A stretch of DNA of 64,000 nucleotides from Myxococcota bacterium (lineage in GTDB: Bacteria; Myxococcota_A; SURF-8), in NCBI GenBank assembly GCA_963674735.2, contig CAXXQS010000001.1, forward strand, positions 1,408,001 to 1,472,000, written 5' to 3'. The notes under the pieces were generated by a model. It made no database searches, was not told the DNA's origin, and worked only from the letters and a program-made list of their open reading frames with translations. Each line of letters begins with the position of its first letter. Positions within the stretch are counted from its first letter, which is position 1. Made by a program: the position numbers and the translations under genes. This document shows positions 19,725-31,000 of the stretch, piece by piece.

Positions 19725-22700
19725 ATGACTCGAAACCTGAAGGTTAATCTGATTATGTTGCTTTTCGCAATATTCGCATTTGCTTGCTCCGATAGCGGAA
19801 GTGATGAAACCACTCCCGGAGACGGCGATCAAGACGCAACCGAGACAGAATCGGATGGCGACGAAGCGGAATGCGACTGCCAAACGGAAGATGCCTGTTG
19901 TGACGGCTGCCAGGCAATCAACGAAGGCGGTGCATGCAACGACGGCAATGCCTGCACCCAAACGGACACATGCTCAAACGGAACCTGTAGCGGTGGGAAC
20001 GCGGTTGTTTGTACCGAGTTGGACAATTGCCACGATGTCGGAGAGTGCGATCCGGAGACCGGAGAATGCAGTCAGCCGATGAAAGCCGACAACACCGTTT
20101 GTTCGGATGACAATCCCTGCACGCAGCTTGACGTTTGCCTGGAGGGTGTTTGTACGGGGTCCGATCCGGTCCTCTGTGAAGCATCGGATTGCCAAACCGG
20201 GGGTGTTTGCGATGAAAGCACAGGAAAATGCGTGTTTACAAATGCTGAAAACGGCCTTTCCTGCGAAGCCATTGCCGATACGTCCGGCAGTGGAGTCTGC
20301 CTTAACGGCTCATGTGAAGGCTTCGGAGCTTGTGATTCGCGCAACTACGGACAACCCGACAACTACCCCTGCAACACCGATGCGGAATGTGAAAGTGGCT
20401 TTTGCTACGACCTTGGAAACGATTGGCAAACCATCTGCACGCGCCCCTGTGCCGATGATGCGACGGTCTGCACCAATGGCATGACCTGTCGAGACACCTT
20501 GTCGGATCCGGCCTTCATTTGCCTTCCTCCCGGCGAAGAGGATTGGATCGGCAATATGCAATATGAAACCGCCCCCGGTGACGGAAGCCTGGATATCTAC
20601 GACGCTTGCAATACCAACGAAGATTGTGCCGGCGCCCTTTGTCTATCGCTGGGCGGGAAGAAATTCTGCACCACCGACTGTGGATCCGGCGACTCCGTTT
20701 GCGGCGACTGCGGCGATTGTCGAAACAACGGCGATGACCTTGGATTCCCATATGATAATTTCTGCTCGGCGACGGGAGATCAGGCATTTGGTCAGGCCTG
20801 CGAGCTGCCTTTCGATTGTGCCAGCCGCGTCTGTTTCAACAATTACTGCTCGGATCAATGCTGGATTATCTCAGAGGGGATCGATACCTGCGATGAGGGA
20901 TTTGCCTGTGTTTACGATGCCTACCAGCAAGGTGTCGGAATCTGTGTTGCGGACGACGAGTTGGACCATCCGGCCGGTTCTCCCTGTGAGGGCGACTACG
21001 AATGCGAATCGGGCTTGTGTTACGATGTTGCAGGTAATCCGATCTGTGCGATCGACTGCTTTGATGGCACGGACTGCCCGACTGACATGAGTTGTGTCGA
21101 TGGTGATCCAATGCTGCTTGATACCACATTGCGCCTATACCCCGATGGGTCCGATGAGGTTTTGCGCACAGATTACGATAGCGGCTACGAAGCCTTCTCT
21201 CGTATCTCTTACAGCTTCTCCGACGCCGGAACCTATGTGATCGAAATCACCGGCGCCGACGAATTCGCCGAAGGCCTGTACCAATTGGTGGTTGCGCCTT
21301 CAGGTTCCGAATTGACCGCCACCGACGAGAAAGAACCCAACAACACGTTTGCAACGGCACAAGAAATTGTCTATCCCGTCATCGTCCATGCCTTCCTCGA
21401 AGCCGAGGAAACCGATGTCTATTCGATTACGGTTGGCGACGACGCCCCGATCACGTTGATTATCGAAACGATACCGGAGCTGGCGCGTGTGTGCGTGGCT
21501 GACGACGTTGCGGGGCAACAGGGCTATGGCGACACATGCGAGGATGATTTCCAGTGTGAAGCCGGATTATTTTGTCTCTTCCTAGGTGTTTGCACCAACG
21601 AGTGTGAAAGTGACGCAGATTGCGAAGACGGTCTTTGTGTCAACTCCACTCTCGGCCCGATCTGTGTGCCCGAAAGCGGTATGCACCAAACCATCGACGG
21701 TCGCGCCTGCGCCCTCGACTTCGAGTGCCGCGAGGTTTGTTTCGCTGACAACGCGCTCGAAACCTACTATTGTTCGGGGGCTTGCGAGTCGGATGGCGAT
21801 TGCGTTCCCGGAATGGGGTGTTATCAGGGAATGTGCATCAAGGGTGTGAATGGAAACCAGATGCTGCACTCCTATTGCCGGATCGACAACGACTGTGAAA
21901 CCGGTTATTGCCAAGATTACCAATGTTCCACTCTTTGTGGCGATAGTGCCGACTGCGAAGGATCGACTCTTATCACACCGGAAGAATACGGCATCTGCTG
22001 GCCTTGCGAGACAAATGCCGACTGCAATGAAGATGGTGGTGAAACCCCGAACACATGTGTAAGCGTCTCGAACGGTTCCAAGTTCTGTGGAACCGACTGT
22101 TCGAGCGATCCAAGCGTTTGTCCTTATGGCACACGCTGTCACGCCCTCAACATTTTCGGTCAAGCGGCCTGTGCGCCTGTATCCCTCAGTTGCGACACGG
22201 CAACCGCGTGTACCGATGGGGGTTATTGCCTGCGGCCTTTCCTAGGCGCCGGGTCGGTTTGTAAAGACAACGCTGAATGTATAAGCGGCATTTGCTCGGC
22301 CGGTTTCTGTCAGGACGGAACGTGCTCGGATGACGCCGATTGCGGCTGCGATTATCTTTCCTGCGAAGGCTCGGTTTGTTCCGCCAACACCGACGACGCC
22401 CTGGAAGAAGTGGAACCGAACGACTTGCCCGAAAATGCCCAAGATATCGGGGATGGCGATGAGACGGTCCTAGCCTCCATGTTACCCGATGGAACCATAC
22501 CCGATACGGATATTTATTCGATTTCGCTCGATAGCGGTCAGGTGCTCGATATACGCACATCCAGCTTCTGCGGCGAGGACGCCGACACCTTCCTGCGCCT
22601 TCTGGATTCCAGGGGAAACATATTGGATGGCTGGGAAAATGATGATTTCAGCCAGTCGAATTACTTTTCCTATCTGCGCGGATTTGCCGCAGACACTTCA

Positions 22701-23954
22701 CAAAGCGTCTTGATCGAAGTCAGCCAGTCGTCGTATGTCGATGGCGTCTTGCGCGCCCCTTACGTTCTGGATGTTCTGGTCACTGACCAAGCCGCCAATG
22801 ACACCTGTGACGGAGCGTCGACACTGGGCGACATCCCGATCGAGGATGATCTGAGCGGTTTGACAAACGCCTTCGATGCATCGGGATGCACGGGTGCCTC
22901 GATGGGGCTCGACCGTGTTTACAGCATCGCCGTTCCGGCTCAGAATGCCCTGTATTTGCAGTTGGACTCCGACTTCAACGGAACGATGTACCTGCTTTCA
23001 AGTTGTGAAGATTCCGATAGTGCCTGCCTGACCGGAGTCAATGCGAATGCGGGAAGCGGGGTTGAGATTCTGGATTACGTCAACGATACGGATACGGAAG
23101 TTACCCTTTACCTGGTTATCGATAGCGCGATGGGTCTTTGGGGCGAACAGGAATACCTGATCAGCGCCATGACCGAGCCGCTTGCGGCCCCGGCCAACGA
23201 CCAGGCTTCCGGTGCTATCGCCATTGAATCCTCCGGGCACTTCGAAGGCAGCACCGGTTCCGCAACCAACGACTACGACCCCGGCGAAACCGGTTGCCTC
23301 GAAGCAGCCCAGCCCGGTCCCGACGTTGTCTATTCCGTCAACATGAATTCCTTGGAATTCTTTGCCGTCTCGCTGAATGCAACGTTCAATGCATCGATGT
23401 ATCTGGTAACCGATCATACGGATCTGAGCACCTGTGTCGCTCATGGGGTAAAGAATCTTACCTACGAGTTCGGCTCCAAGGACGATTCACAAACACTGTA
23501 TCTGATCATCGATGGCTCTACGGCAGAAGACTCGGGATTCTTCCTTATGGACGTCATTCTGGATGAGTCCGGTGATTGCTACGGTCCCTGCGATTCCGAT
23601 GAACATAACAATATCTGTGTCGCAGGTGACGGCTCCGGAAATGCTCTGTGCCAATGCAACGGCACAACAGGTTTGTACTCCATGTTGGACTGCAACCAGT
23701 ATTGCCTGGATAACGGCACCCTTAGTGGAGCGTGTCGCACCCAGACAACCGATACCAGCAGCAACTCCGGTTGTGTATGCAATGTCGATTGCGCATCGGT
23801 CGCTTCCCAGTGCGCGAACTACGACTACACAAATTGTACCTGCGCCGAAGCTGACCCTTGCGGTTGGCAGGGTGATACGTATTGCGATGAGCTTTGCGAG
23901 ACGCTTTACCCGGATGACTTCTTCGACGACTCTGCCGACTGTTCCAGCGAGTAG
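19725..23954 (+). CDS. Giant Cys-rich lipoprotein with PPC-like domains
   Basis: Lipobox AFAC; dense C-x-x-D-x-x-C modules; E(K/V)EPN(N/D)…AQ PPC-like domains; ANDTC/GPDVVY beta-sandwich domains. Confidence 0.85.
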   Translation: MTRNLKVNLIMLLFAIFAFACSDSGSDETTPGDGDQDATETESDGDEAECDCQTEDACCDGCQAINEGGACNDGNACTQTDTCSNGTCSGGNAVVCTELDNCHDVGECDPETGECSQPMKADNTVCSDDNPCTQLDVCLEGVCTGSDPVLCEASDCQTGGVCDESTGKCVFTNAENGLSCEAIADTSGSGVCLNGSCEGFGACDSRNYGQPDNYPCNTDAECESGFCYDLGNDWQTICTRPCADDATVCTNGMTCRDTLSDPAFICLPPGEEDWIGNMQYETAPGDGSLDIYDACNTNEDCAGALCLSLGGKKFCTTDCGSGDSVCGDCGDCRNNGDDLGFPYDNFCSATGDQAFGQACELPFDCASRVCFNNYCSDQCWIISEGIDTCDEGFACVYDAYQQGVGICVADDELDHPAGSPCEGDYECESGLCYDVAGNPICAIDCFDGTDCPTDMSCVDGDPMLLDTTLRLYPDGSDEVLRTDYDSGYEAFSRISYSFSDAGTYVIEITGADEFAEGLYQLVVAPSGSELTATDEKEPNNTFATAQEIVYPVIVHAFLEAEETDVYSITVGDDAPITLIIETIPELARVCVADDVAGQQGYGDTCEDDFQCEAGLFCLFLGVCTNECESDADCEDGLCVNSTLGPICVPESGMHQTIDGRACALDFECREVCFADNALETYYCSGACESDGDCVPGMGCYQGMCIKGVNGNQMLHSYCRIDNDCETGYCQDYQCSTLCGDSADCEGSTLITPEEYGICWPCETNADCNEDGGETPNTCVSVSNGSKFCGTDCSSDPSVCPYGTRCHALNIFGQAACAPVSLSCDTATACTDGGYCLRPFLGAGSVCKDNAECISGICSAGFCQDGTCSDDADCGCDYLSCEGSVCSANTDDALEEVEPNDLPENAQDIGDGDETVLASMLPDGTIPDTDIYSISLDSGQVLDIRTSSFCGEDADTFLRLLDSRGNILDGWENDDFSQSNYFSYLRGFAADTSQSVLIEVSQSSYVDGVLRAPYVLDVLVTDQAANDTCDGASTLGDIPIEDDLSGLTNAFDASGCTGASMGLDRVYSIAVPAQNALYLQLDSDFNGTMYLLSSCEDSDSACLTGVNANAGSGVEILDYVNDTDTEVTLYLVIDSAMGLWGEQEYLISAMTEPLAAPANDQASGAIAIESSGHFEGSTGSATNDYDPGETGCLEAAQPGPDVVYSVNMNSLEFFAVSLNATFNASMYLVTDHTDLSTCVAHGVKNLTYEFGSKDDSQTLYLIIDGSTAEDSGFFLMDVILDESGDCYGPCDSDEHNNICVAGDGSGNALCQCNGTTGLYSMLDCNQYCLDNGTLSGACRTQTTDTSSNSGCVCNVDCASVASQCANYDYTNCTCAEADPCGWQGDTYCDELCETLYPDDFFDDSADCSSE

Positions 23955-23973
23955 AAAAGAGGATTCCTAATTC

Positions 23974-24002
23974 AAACGGCGGAGCTTCGGCTCCGCCGTT
24001 TT
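23974..24002. terminator. Bidirectional intrinsic terminator
   Basis: Perfect 12-bp stem AAACGGCGGAGC-TTCG-GCTCCGCCGTTT between convergent genes. Confidence 0.9.
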
Positions 24003-25639
24003 CATTCGAGAATACTGCGAATTTTTCTTGCCAGCGAGCCTGGCGTGTAGGGCTTGGCTATAAACTGCACGTCCTCATCAAGCACACCATGGTGTACAAT
24101 AATATCCTCCGTATATCCGGAGGTAAACAGCGTCCGAATTTTCGGGTTGTAGGTTTGTACAGCTTCAGAGACTTCACGCCCATTCATACCCGGCATAATA
24201 ACATCTGTAACGAGGAGGTCGATAATACCATCAAATTTTTGGGCGTGCATCAAAGCCATGCTTCCATTTTCCGCTGATAAGACCTTATACCCGAGTTTTC
24301 TCAGTATTTTTGTGGTCATTTTGCGAACAAGGTCTTCGTCTTCTACGTAGAGAATGGTTTCGTGGCCTTGTGGCATCATTTCATTTTGTTCAAAAGTACG
24401 TTCTTTGTCCGGAGCCTTTTCGATCAAAGGAAAATAGAGCTTAAAAGTTGTGCCGATTCCAGGTTCCGAATAGACATTTACACAACCACCGTTCTGATTG
24501 ACAATTCCGTAAACGGTGGAAAGTCCCAGTCCCGTCCCTTTAAATTTCGGTTTGGTCGTGAAAAAGGGTTCGAAGATATGAGTCCTCGTCTCTTTGCTCA
24601 TGCCGCATCCGGTATCGTTTACGGCAACCATCACGTAAAAACCGGCTTCGATATTCTTAATCGTCACACAATTCTCTGGTTCCAGGCGAACATTGCGGAT
24701 CGAGATCGACAGATGTCCCCCATTTGGCATCGCATCACGGGCATTGACAACGAGATTGACAATGACTTGTTCGAATTGGCCTGGGTCGATCTTAATATTC
24801 CCGACTGTTTCATCCAACCTTAATGTAAGCCGAATATCCTCACCAATTAGTCGAGCCAGCATTTTTTCCAAATCTGAAGCAATTGTATTGGGACTGATCA
24901 CAATCGGTTGGACAATTTGTTTTCGGCTAAAAGCTAGTAGCTGCCTTGTGAGATTGGAGGCACGATCCGCTGCGCTTTGTATTTCCTTTAACATCTCACA
25001 AAGTGGATCTTGTGCATCAAGATCCATCAGGGTAAGCGCGATATTCCCGGTGATTCCCGTCAGTAGATTGTTGAAATCATGTGCGATACCACCGGCTAGT
25101 TGACCAATGGCCTCCATTTTTTGCGATTGTTGAAGTTGTTCTTCCAGCTTTTTCTTCTCATTTTCAGCCGTTAGTCGTTTGCATATATCGTGTAATACCA
25201 CGACCGCATAGACGTCATTTTCAATTTGATCGAAGCTGACCGTAACCTCGAAGTCGGTTCCCTTGATGACGTAATGGTGAAAAGCTCCAGCAGGCGATAG
25301 AGACGGTTCTCCTTTTTGATGTTCTGAAAACTGCTGGGCAATATCATTAAAAGCCTCTTGACCGATGACTTCACGTAACGAAAGTTCGTGATTTTGCTCG
25401 AAACTGAAACCAAGACGTTTCATCGCCGTGGCATTTGCGTCGGCAAGCTTTCCCTTCGGCATCATGGCAAAAAGAATGCAGTCGTGCGCTTTATCGAGAA
25501 GCGTTCGGAAACGATTGAGTTGGGCTAGTCGATACCGCGATTCGGAGTAGTAACTTTTCCGCATCGAATACTCGCCCAAGCCGAGTACTTTATTCCGCAA
25601 CTTTCCCCAGTCTGGCGAAACTCTAGAGTGCTTTCCCAT
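24002..25639 (-). CDS. Hybrid sensor kinase (PAS-HisKA-HATPase-REC), ErcS-like
   Basis: GIAHDFNNLL, NARDAM, DTGCG, FFTTK, GTGLGL and REC D-V-I-M-P motifs; N-terminal LGLGEYSMRKSYY as in ErcS-type kinases; overlaps the ErcA-like gene. Confidence 0.9.
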   Translation of the reverse strand: MGKHSRVSPDWGKLRNKVLGLGEYSMRKSYYSESRYRLAQLNRFRTLLDKAHDCILFAMMPKGKLADANATAMKRLGFSFEQNHELSLREVIGQEAFNDIAQQFSEHQKGEPSLSPAGAFHHYVIKGTDFEVTVSFDQIENDVYAVVVLHDICKRLTAENEKKKLEEQLQQSQKMEAIGQLAGGIAHDFNNLLTGITGNIALTLMDLDAQDPLCEMLKEIQSAADRASNLTRQLLAFSRKQIVQPIVISPNTIASDLEKMLARLIGEDIRLTLRLDETVGNIKIDPGQFEQVIVNLVVNARDAMPNGGHLSISIRNVRLEPENCVTIKNIEAGFYVMVAVNDTGCGMSKETRTHIFEPFFTTKPKFKGTGLGLSTVYGIVNQNGGCVNVYSEPGIGTTFKLYFPLIEKAPDKERTFEQNEMMPQGHETILYVEDEDLVRKMTTKILRKLGYKVLSAENGSMALMHAQKFDGIIDLLVTDVIMPGMNGREVSEAVQTYNPKIRTLFTSGYTEDIIVHHGVLDEDVQFIAKPYTPGSLARKIRSILE

Positions 25640-26789
25640 AAATAGTCTTTATTTCATCTTTGTTTGGTATTCTCGGGTTGGTAACCATACAGGCGTCACG
25701 CATCGCATTCTCAGCCAAATCATCCAGATATTCCGGTTTAACGCCCAAGTCACCAAGTGTTTTATTAAACCCCATTTCTCGTCCCAGATTTTGGATAGCG
25801 TCAAGAAGAACAACCTTTGGGGAACTGATGTTATCACCGGGGAGATCCAGGCCGAGATATCGACCCAGATTAATGTATTGTCTTGTTGCTGATTCGAAGT
25901 TATATGCCATGACATGTGGGAGTAATATGGCGTTACACATACCATGGGGAAGATCCAAGAGGCCACCCAGTGAGTGGGCCATGGCGTGGACCGCACCGAG
26001 ACTGGCGTTTGAAAATGCGAGCCCGGCAAAAAGACTCGCGAGCATCATCTGTTCGCGAGCCTGAAGATTGGTCGGTTCCTCTATGGCGGTTTTAAGGTGA
26101 CCGAAAACAAGCCTAACTGATTCGAGTGCATGCAGATCCGTGACAGGAGAACTTGCATTAGACCCTAAAGCCTCAATGGCATGTGTCAGGGCATCAAGCC
26201 CCGTGCAGGCTGTCAGTTCCGCGTCCATCGTCACGGTCGTTTCGAAATCAATAAGAGCGGCGTCCGGGATGACCGCTTTACTTATAATGGCAATTTTCGT
26301 TTTTCGATATGTATCGTTGATGATGCCGAATTGGGAAACATCGGCGGAAGTTCCGGCAGTGGTCGGAATGCAAATGAAAGGAGGAATCGGGTTCGGAACT
26401 TCGTCCACTCCTTCGTAATCCAAAATATTCCCGTTGTTCGTGGCTACAATACCGATTCCCTTGGCGGCATCCATAGGGCTGCCACCTCCCAAAGCCAGAA
26501 TGCCGTCACACCCGGAGTCTTGGAAGCGATCGACACCTTCCATGATTTGGCTGTCACGCGGGTTTGGGTCGATGTTTTCATAGATTTCGACATCGATGGC
26601 GCGTTCAGTTAAAGAATTTCGAACATCATCCAGCCAACCCGCTGCCACAATGCCCGGATCGGTTACCAGGAGGATCTTCTTTACACCGAAGTTTTGAAAG
26701 TACTGTCCCGCCAACAAACGGGAGCCAGCCCCAAACACGAATTCAGGCGCGACAAACTTCCTCAAGTTGGCGAAATCAGGTGTTTCCAT
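25623..26789 (-). CDS. ercA: Iron-containing alcohol dehydrogenase-like regulatory protein ErcA
   Basis: LRKFVAPEFVFGAG N-terminus; GGGS, PTTAGT, DALTH, HAMAH and PHG motifs; coupled to a hybrid kinase. Confidence 0.8.
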   Translation of the reverse strand: METPDFANLRKFVAPEFVFGAGSRLLAGQYFQNFGVKKILLVTDPGIVAAGWLDDVRNSLTERAIDVEIYENIDPNPRDSQIMEGVDRFQDSGCDGILALGGGSPMDAAKGIGIVATNNGNILDYEGVDEVPNPIPPFICIPTTAGTSADVSQFGIINDTYRKTKIAIISKAVIPDAALIDFETTVTMDAELTACTGLDALTHAIEALGSNASSPVTDLHALESVRLVFGHLKTAIEEPTNLQAREQMMLASLFAGLAFSNASLGAVHAMAHSLGGLLDLPHGMCNAILLPHVMAYNFESATRQYINLGRYLGLDLPGDNISSPKVVLLDAIQNLGREMGFNKTLGDLGVKPEYLDDLAENAMRDACMVTNPRIPNKDEIKTIYGKAL

Positions 26790-26915
26790 TCCTTAATCCT
26801 CCGTCACTTCGTCGTATTCTGCTCGAATGGATCCCATCATACACCGATCAGTAAAAGATGAATAATTATTTCATACCTTCAAATAGATTCCGGTATAGAA
26901 ATTCAAATCACTTCA

Positions 26916-27719
26916 TTATGGTCTTGTTTTGTTATCAATAAAATTCCGCAATATTTCCATTGCACCCATAACTTCGTGGCCTTCGGGAAGCCGTTCGGCC
27001 ATTTGATCCATATATTTGCGTTTAAAAACCGCTTTCACAGAAGCTGTGAAATTTAGATCAAAAATCCATGCCATGACCATCAATCGAAAATCGTTACGAC
27101 ATTTCAAGTCTTGAATTTTTATCAACCGATGGTTTTCTATGGCAATGATAACCTCTGGGGAAACAGTCTTCGACTCCGGAAGGTCATGAAAGATAATTGC
27201 CCGTTCAAATTCGCTGCCGTTTTTGTCAATCGCTAAAATCACTTTAAAAATATCGAGTTTATCGGCATCTCGGATCAATCGGCAAAATGGCAAAATGGAC
27301 TCGGCGATACCTTCTTCCAGATCAAAACGATTGTGGTTTCGAATGGCCGTGATAACGCAGTCCTGATTTGATTTTCCAATCCGCTCCAGGATCTTGGCTT
27401 CTTCCAGGACTTCTACACCCAAAGTCGCATGATTGACGGATTTCCGGTCGTTGAATGTCTGGTAACGCCGAATCTGTTCGAACCGACCGATATCGTGAAG
27501 CAAAGCGACAACACGGGCTAGACGCGTAACGCTTTCCGACCAATCGAGGACATTACATAATGCGTCGCTCTCGATCTCCACGCGCTTGATGTGCGCCAGT
27601 TTAAGCGCGATTCCACCTTTATCACACTGCATCCGACGATAAGGCTTTGTATATAGCTGAAACCATTCCCGAATACGACGTTCTTGATTCTCGCTTATGC
27701 CGCATAAAGGCCGATCCAT
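26916..27719 (-). CDS. HD-domain phosphohydrolase
   Basis: H…LLHDIGRFEQ…HATLG…HN…IRDADKLD motifs. Confidence 0.88.
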   Translation of the reverse strand: MDRPLCGISENQERRIREWFQLYTKPYRRMQCDKGGIALKLAHIKRVEIESDALCNVLDWSESVTRLARVVALLHDIGRFEQIRRYQTFNDRKSVNHATLGVEVLEEAKILERIGKSNQDCVITAIRNHNRFDLEEGIAESILPFCRLIRDADKLDIFKVILAIDKNGSEFERAIIFHDLPESKTVSPEVIIAIENHRLIKIQDLKCRNDFRLMVMAWIFDLNFTASVKAVFKRKYMDQMAERLPEGHEVMGAMEILRNFIDNKTRP

Positions 27720-28051
27720 TCCTTTAGCCCCTCCTATTCGATTACGCAATCGTTACACAGCACTTCCTCACTCACAATAGCAGATTATCCGAAGATTCCA
27801 AGGACTTGAAAATGAAAAGTAACGCAATGATATTTTAAAGTTCTTTGTTGATTATATTGACAATATTCTGTATTCTGATTTTGCTAAAGTTGAGAGTAAA
27901 TATGCCGATACTAAAAGTGGGAGTGAAAGTTGTCATCTCCCTTCAATCACCGGGAACGGACCTCCGGAATCACCACATCGGCATGGACGCCCCTTTATTG
28001 GCGACGGAAACAAGAAAACATTGTTTCGTGTCTGGCGGACGACCTAAGGCG

Positions 28052-31000
28052 ATGAACGCGTTGAAACATTGGTCTAACATCCTAATTATTATAGGCATTT
28101 GTGCTTCAATTGTCTGGGGTTGTCAATCTTCGAAAGCAACCGTGTCCAATCCCCCGGCCGATGGTGATACGGATACCGCTCAAACCCAACCATGTGACCA
28201 GGACCACGACTGCACGGATGGGTGGATCTGCCATCAAGCCGTGTGCGTTCCATCTTCAGCCAGCCCCTGTACTTCAGACGACGAATGCCGTCTTGATTCC
28301 GATTGCCAAGTTGATGAATATTGCAATGATTTGTGCGCGTGCAAATTGCGAGACTCCAGCGATGGAGATAGTCCATCCGATGGAGACGAGTCCTCTTCCT
28401 CTTGTCAGGATGGACCCCAGGCTGAAGTGGAAAATTTGCTGGATTTCGGTTACGTTCCTTTCGATATGGATGCCATGCGCACTCTCCATATCCGAAACAT
28501 CTGCGAAAACCAGGTTCTTAGTATCAACAATGTGGATATCGTTTCCGATTCCGCCGAGTTCCGCCTGCTTAATGCCCCCATTGAACCGGTTATTTTGAGC
28601 GATACCCATGATGTACTTGAAATCGATGTGTTGTATCATCCAACCGATATCGGCACGGATGAGGGTACGATCGCCATTTCCAGTAACGACCCGGACGGCG
28701 TTGCTCCGGTTCGTCTACAAAGTGCTTACAAAGGGGATGTTTCGATAGAAGCGACTCCCAATCCATTGACGTTTCAGGATATCGATATCACCGCAGTTGC
28801 CGAGCAACGGACACTGATCGTTCGCAACGTGAAAAACGGCGAGGAAGACAACGCCGTGCTGCGAGTCAATGCCGCCTACCTCGAGTCTACCGACAGTCCG
28901 GTATTCAACCTGACCTCCACGTCGTTCCCATTCTATCTGGGTCAGGGAAGTGAGAAAGAAATATCGATACGTTGCCAACCAACGGAAGCCGTTGAATTTC
29001 GTAACGATTTAATCATCGAAAGCAACGATCCGGAGGAGCCTCTGTATCGGGTAGAGTTGATTTGCAACGGTGTGGCGCCGGAACTGAGTCTGGATAATGT
29101 CTCGGCCGATTTCGTCTTGGATTTCGGCACACAGCGGCTCCAAATGGAAACCATTCAGTCTCTCTTGCTGCGTAACAGCGGCGATGCTCCCCTCAATTTA
29201 TTCGAGCCGACTCTAGCAGCAGGCAGCCACTCGTCTTTCACTCTGGACACTTCGGCTTTTCCGGCGGAAGGTCGCGGTCTGAACCCGGGTATGACAGCAT
29301 CCTTACCGGTTCATTTTTTAGCGGAGAACGAGGGCGTTTACCACGGTCAGATTCGTCTTCAAAGCGATGTGCCGGGTATGGAAACGCTTTTCGTGGATCT
29401 GCTTGGCGAGGCGCAGCAAATAGCGCTAAACCTGGACCCAGCCCTTCTCGAATTTGGGCAGGTCCGAGTCGGCCAAACCTTGAAACGCACGTTAACCATT
29501 GAAAACATCGGGGAAATTCCCGTTCAGATTCTGGATGTCAGTCTGGAAAACGAGACTAGCACGATTCAGTTTGATGGTGATCCCTCAATGATATTGGGAG
29601 ACCTGATTCCAGGCTCTCAAACATCCATCACGCTCCAGTTTGCCCCAGCGAGTCGGGGCAATGCACTTAACACGCTTGAGTTCGAAACCGACGACCCGGA
29701 ACATCCAATCATTCAGGTTCCGTTAAGCGGAATGGGTATCGCCCCGATTATCCAGTTGACCGAACGAGACAACCCCGACTTCACCGATCAACTCGATTTC
29801 GGGTTTATTACGCTTGATCGGCAAGGTCAGCGCCATTTGGAAATTCATAACCTGGGGGATGCAATTCTGCACATATTGGACATGGAATTGGCAACCAATA
29901 CCGCAGACGAGGAATTCGACATTCTGCAAACCGGTGTTGTGGCCGTCAATCCTAACTCCTATGCCTCCGTAACTTTAACCTATAATCCCGTTGGCTTTCC
30001 CGGGCAGGATCTGGGCCAATTGAGAATCGCCAGCGATGACAGCGATTCCCCGACTATGATCATCGGTCTGGTCGGAACGGCGACCGATCAGCGCTTGTCG
30101 GTTTCACCCTTGCCGCCTTGGAAATTCGACGATTCGTTCTTTGGCGCATCCAAGCATGAAATCCTGCGTTTATCAAACACGGGGTTGCTGGGTGTTCTCG
30201 ATATCACAGGCATTGAAGTGGTGGAAGGGAGCGAGGTTTTCACGGTCGAACCCCTCGTACAAGAGTTACCTTATACCCTCTACCCGAATCAGGGAAATTG
30301 GTTGACCATCGAAATCACCTTTTCACCACCATCCGCCGATCTTCAAGTATCACCCCGTGACTATGCAGGGCGTCTTCGTATTCAATCCAGCTCCTACACC
30401 GGCGAACTTTTTGAGGATGACCTGGAAGCAACTGCCGTCCCCTGCCCCGCCGGCTGTTGGGATAACGACGGGAACCCGGACGATTGCGAATACTGCGGGT
30501 GTAACCTGACCAACGGTGGAATCGAAATCTGCGACGACGAGGATAATGATTGCGATGGAGTAACCGACGAACCCGGTAACACTCTCCTCGACAATTGTTC
30601 CCCTCCCCAAAATGCCGCCGCCGTTTGCCTGAACGGCGCTTGCGACTTTGTTTGTACCGACAACTATCACCGCTGCGGGGATGCCTGCTATACACAGGAC
30701 GATCCTGCACACTGTGGCGAATCCTGCGAAAATTGCGCCGATGATGGACTCACCTGTACATCAACGGTATGCGAAAACGAATCCTGCTCACATGTTTTGC
30801 ATGAAGCGGCTTGTTTGATCGACGGCCGCTGCTACGCTTACAATGACGACAATCCAAGCAATGATTGTGAAGCCTGCCTACCTTTGCTGAGTCAGTCCGG
30901 GTGGAGCTCGAAAGCAAACGGTAGCCTGTGTGACGACAAGCAATATTGTACCCTCAACAGCGCCTGCCAGTTTGGTTCCTGTTTGGGAGGAGAAGATCGC

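Noticed and set aside
19518-19961. N-terminal extension of the PilZ ORF (261 aa)
   Set aside because: It overlaps the opposite-strand lipoprotein gene; the RBS and domain boundary support a start at 19517.
27900-28050. Riboswitch (e.g. c-di-GMP) in the leader of the giant lipoprotein
   Set aside because: Only short hairpins are present, and I recognised no GEMM or other consensus.
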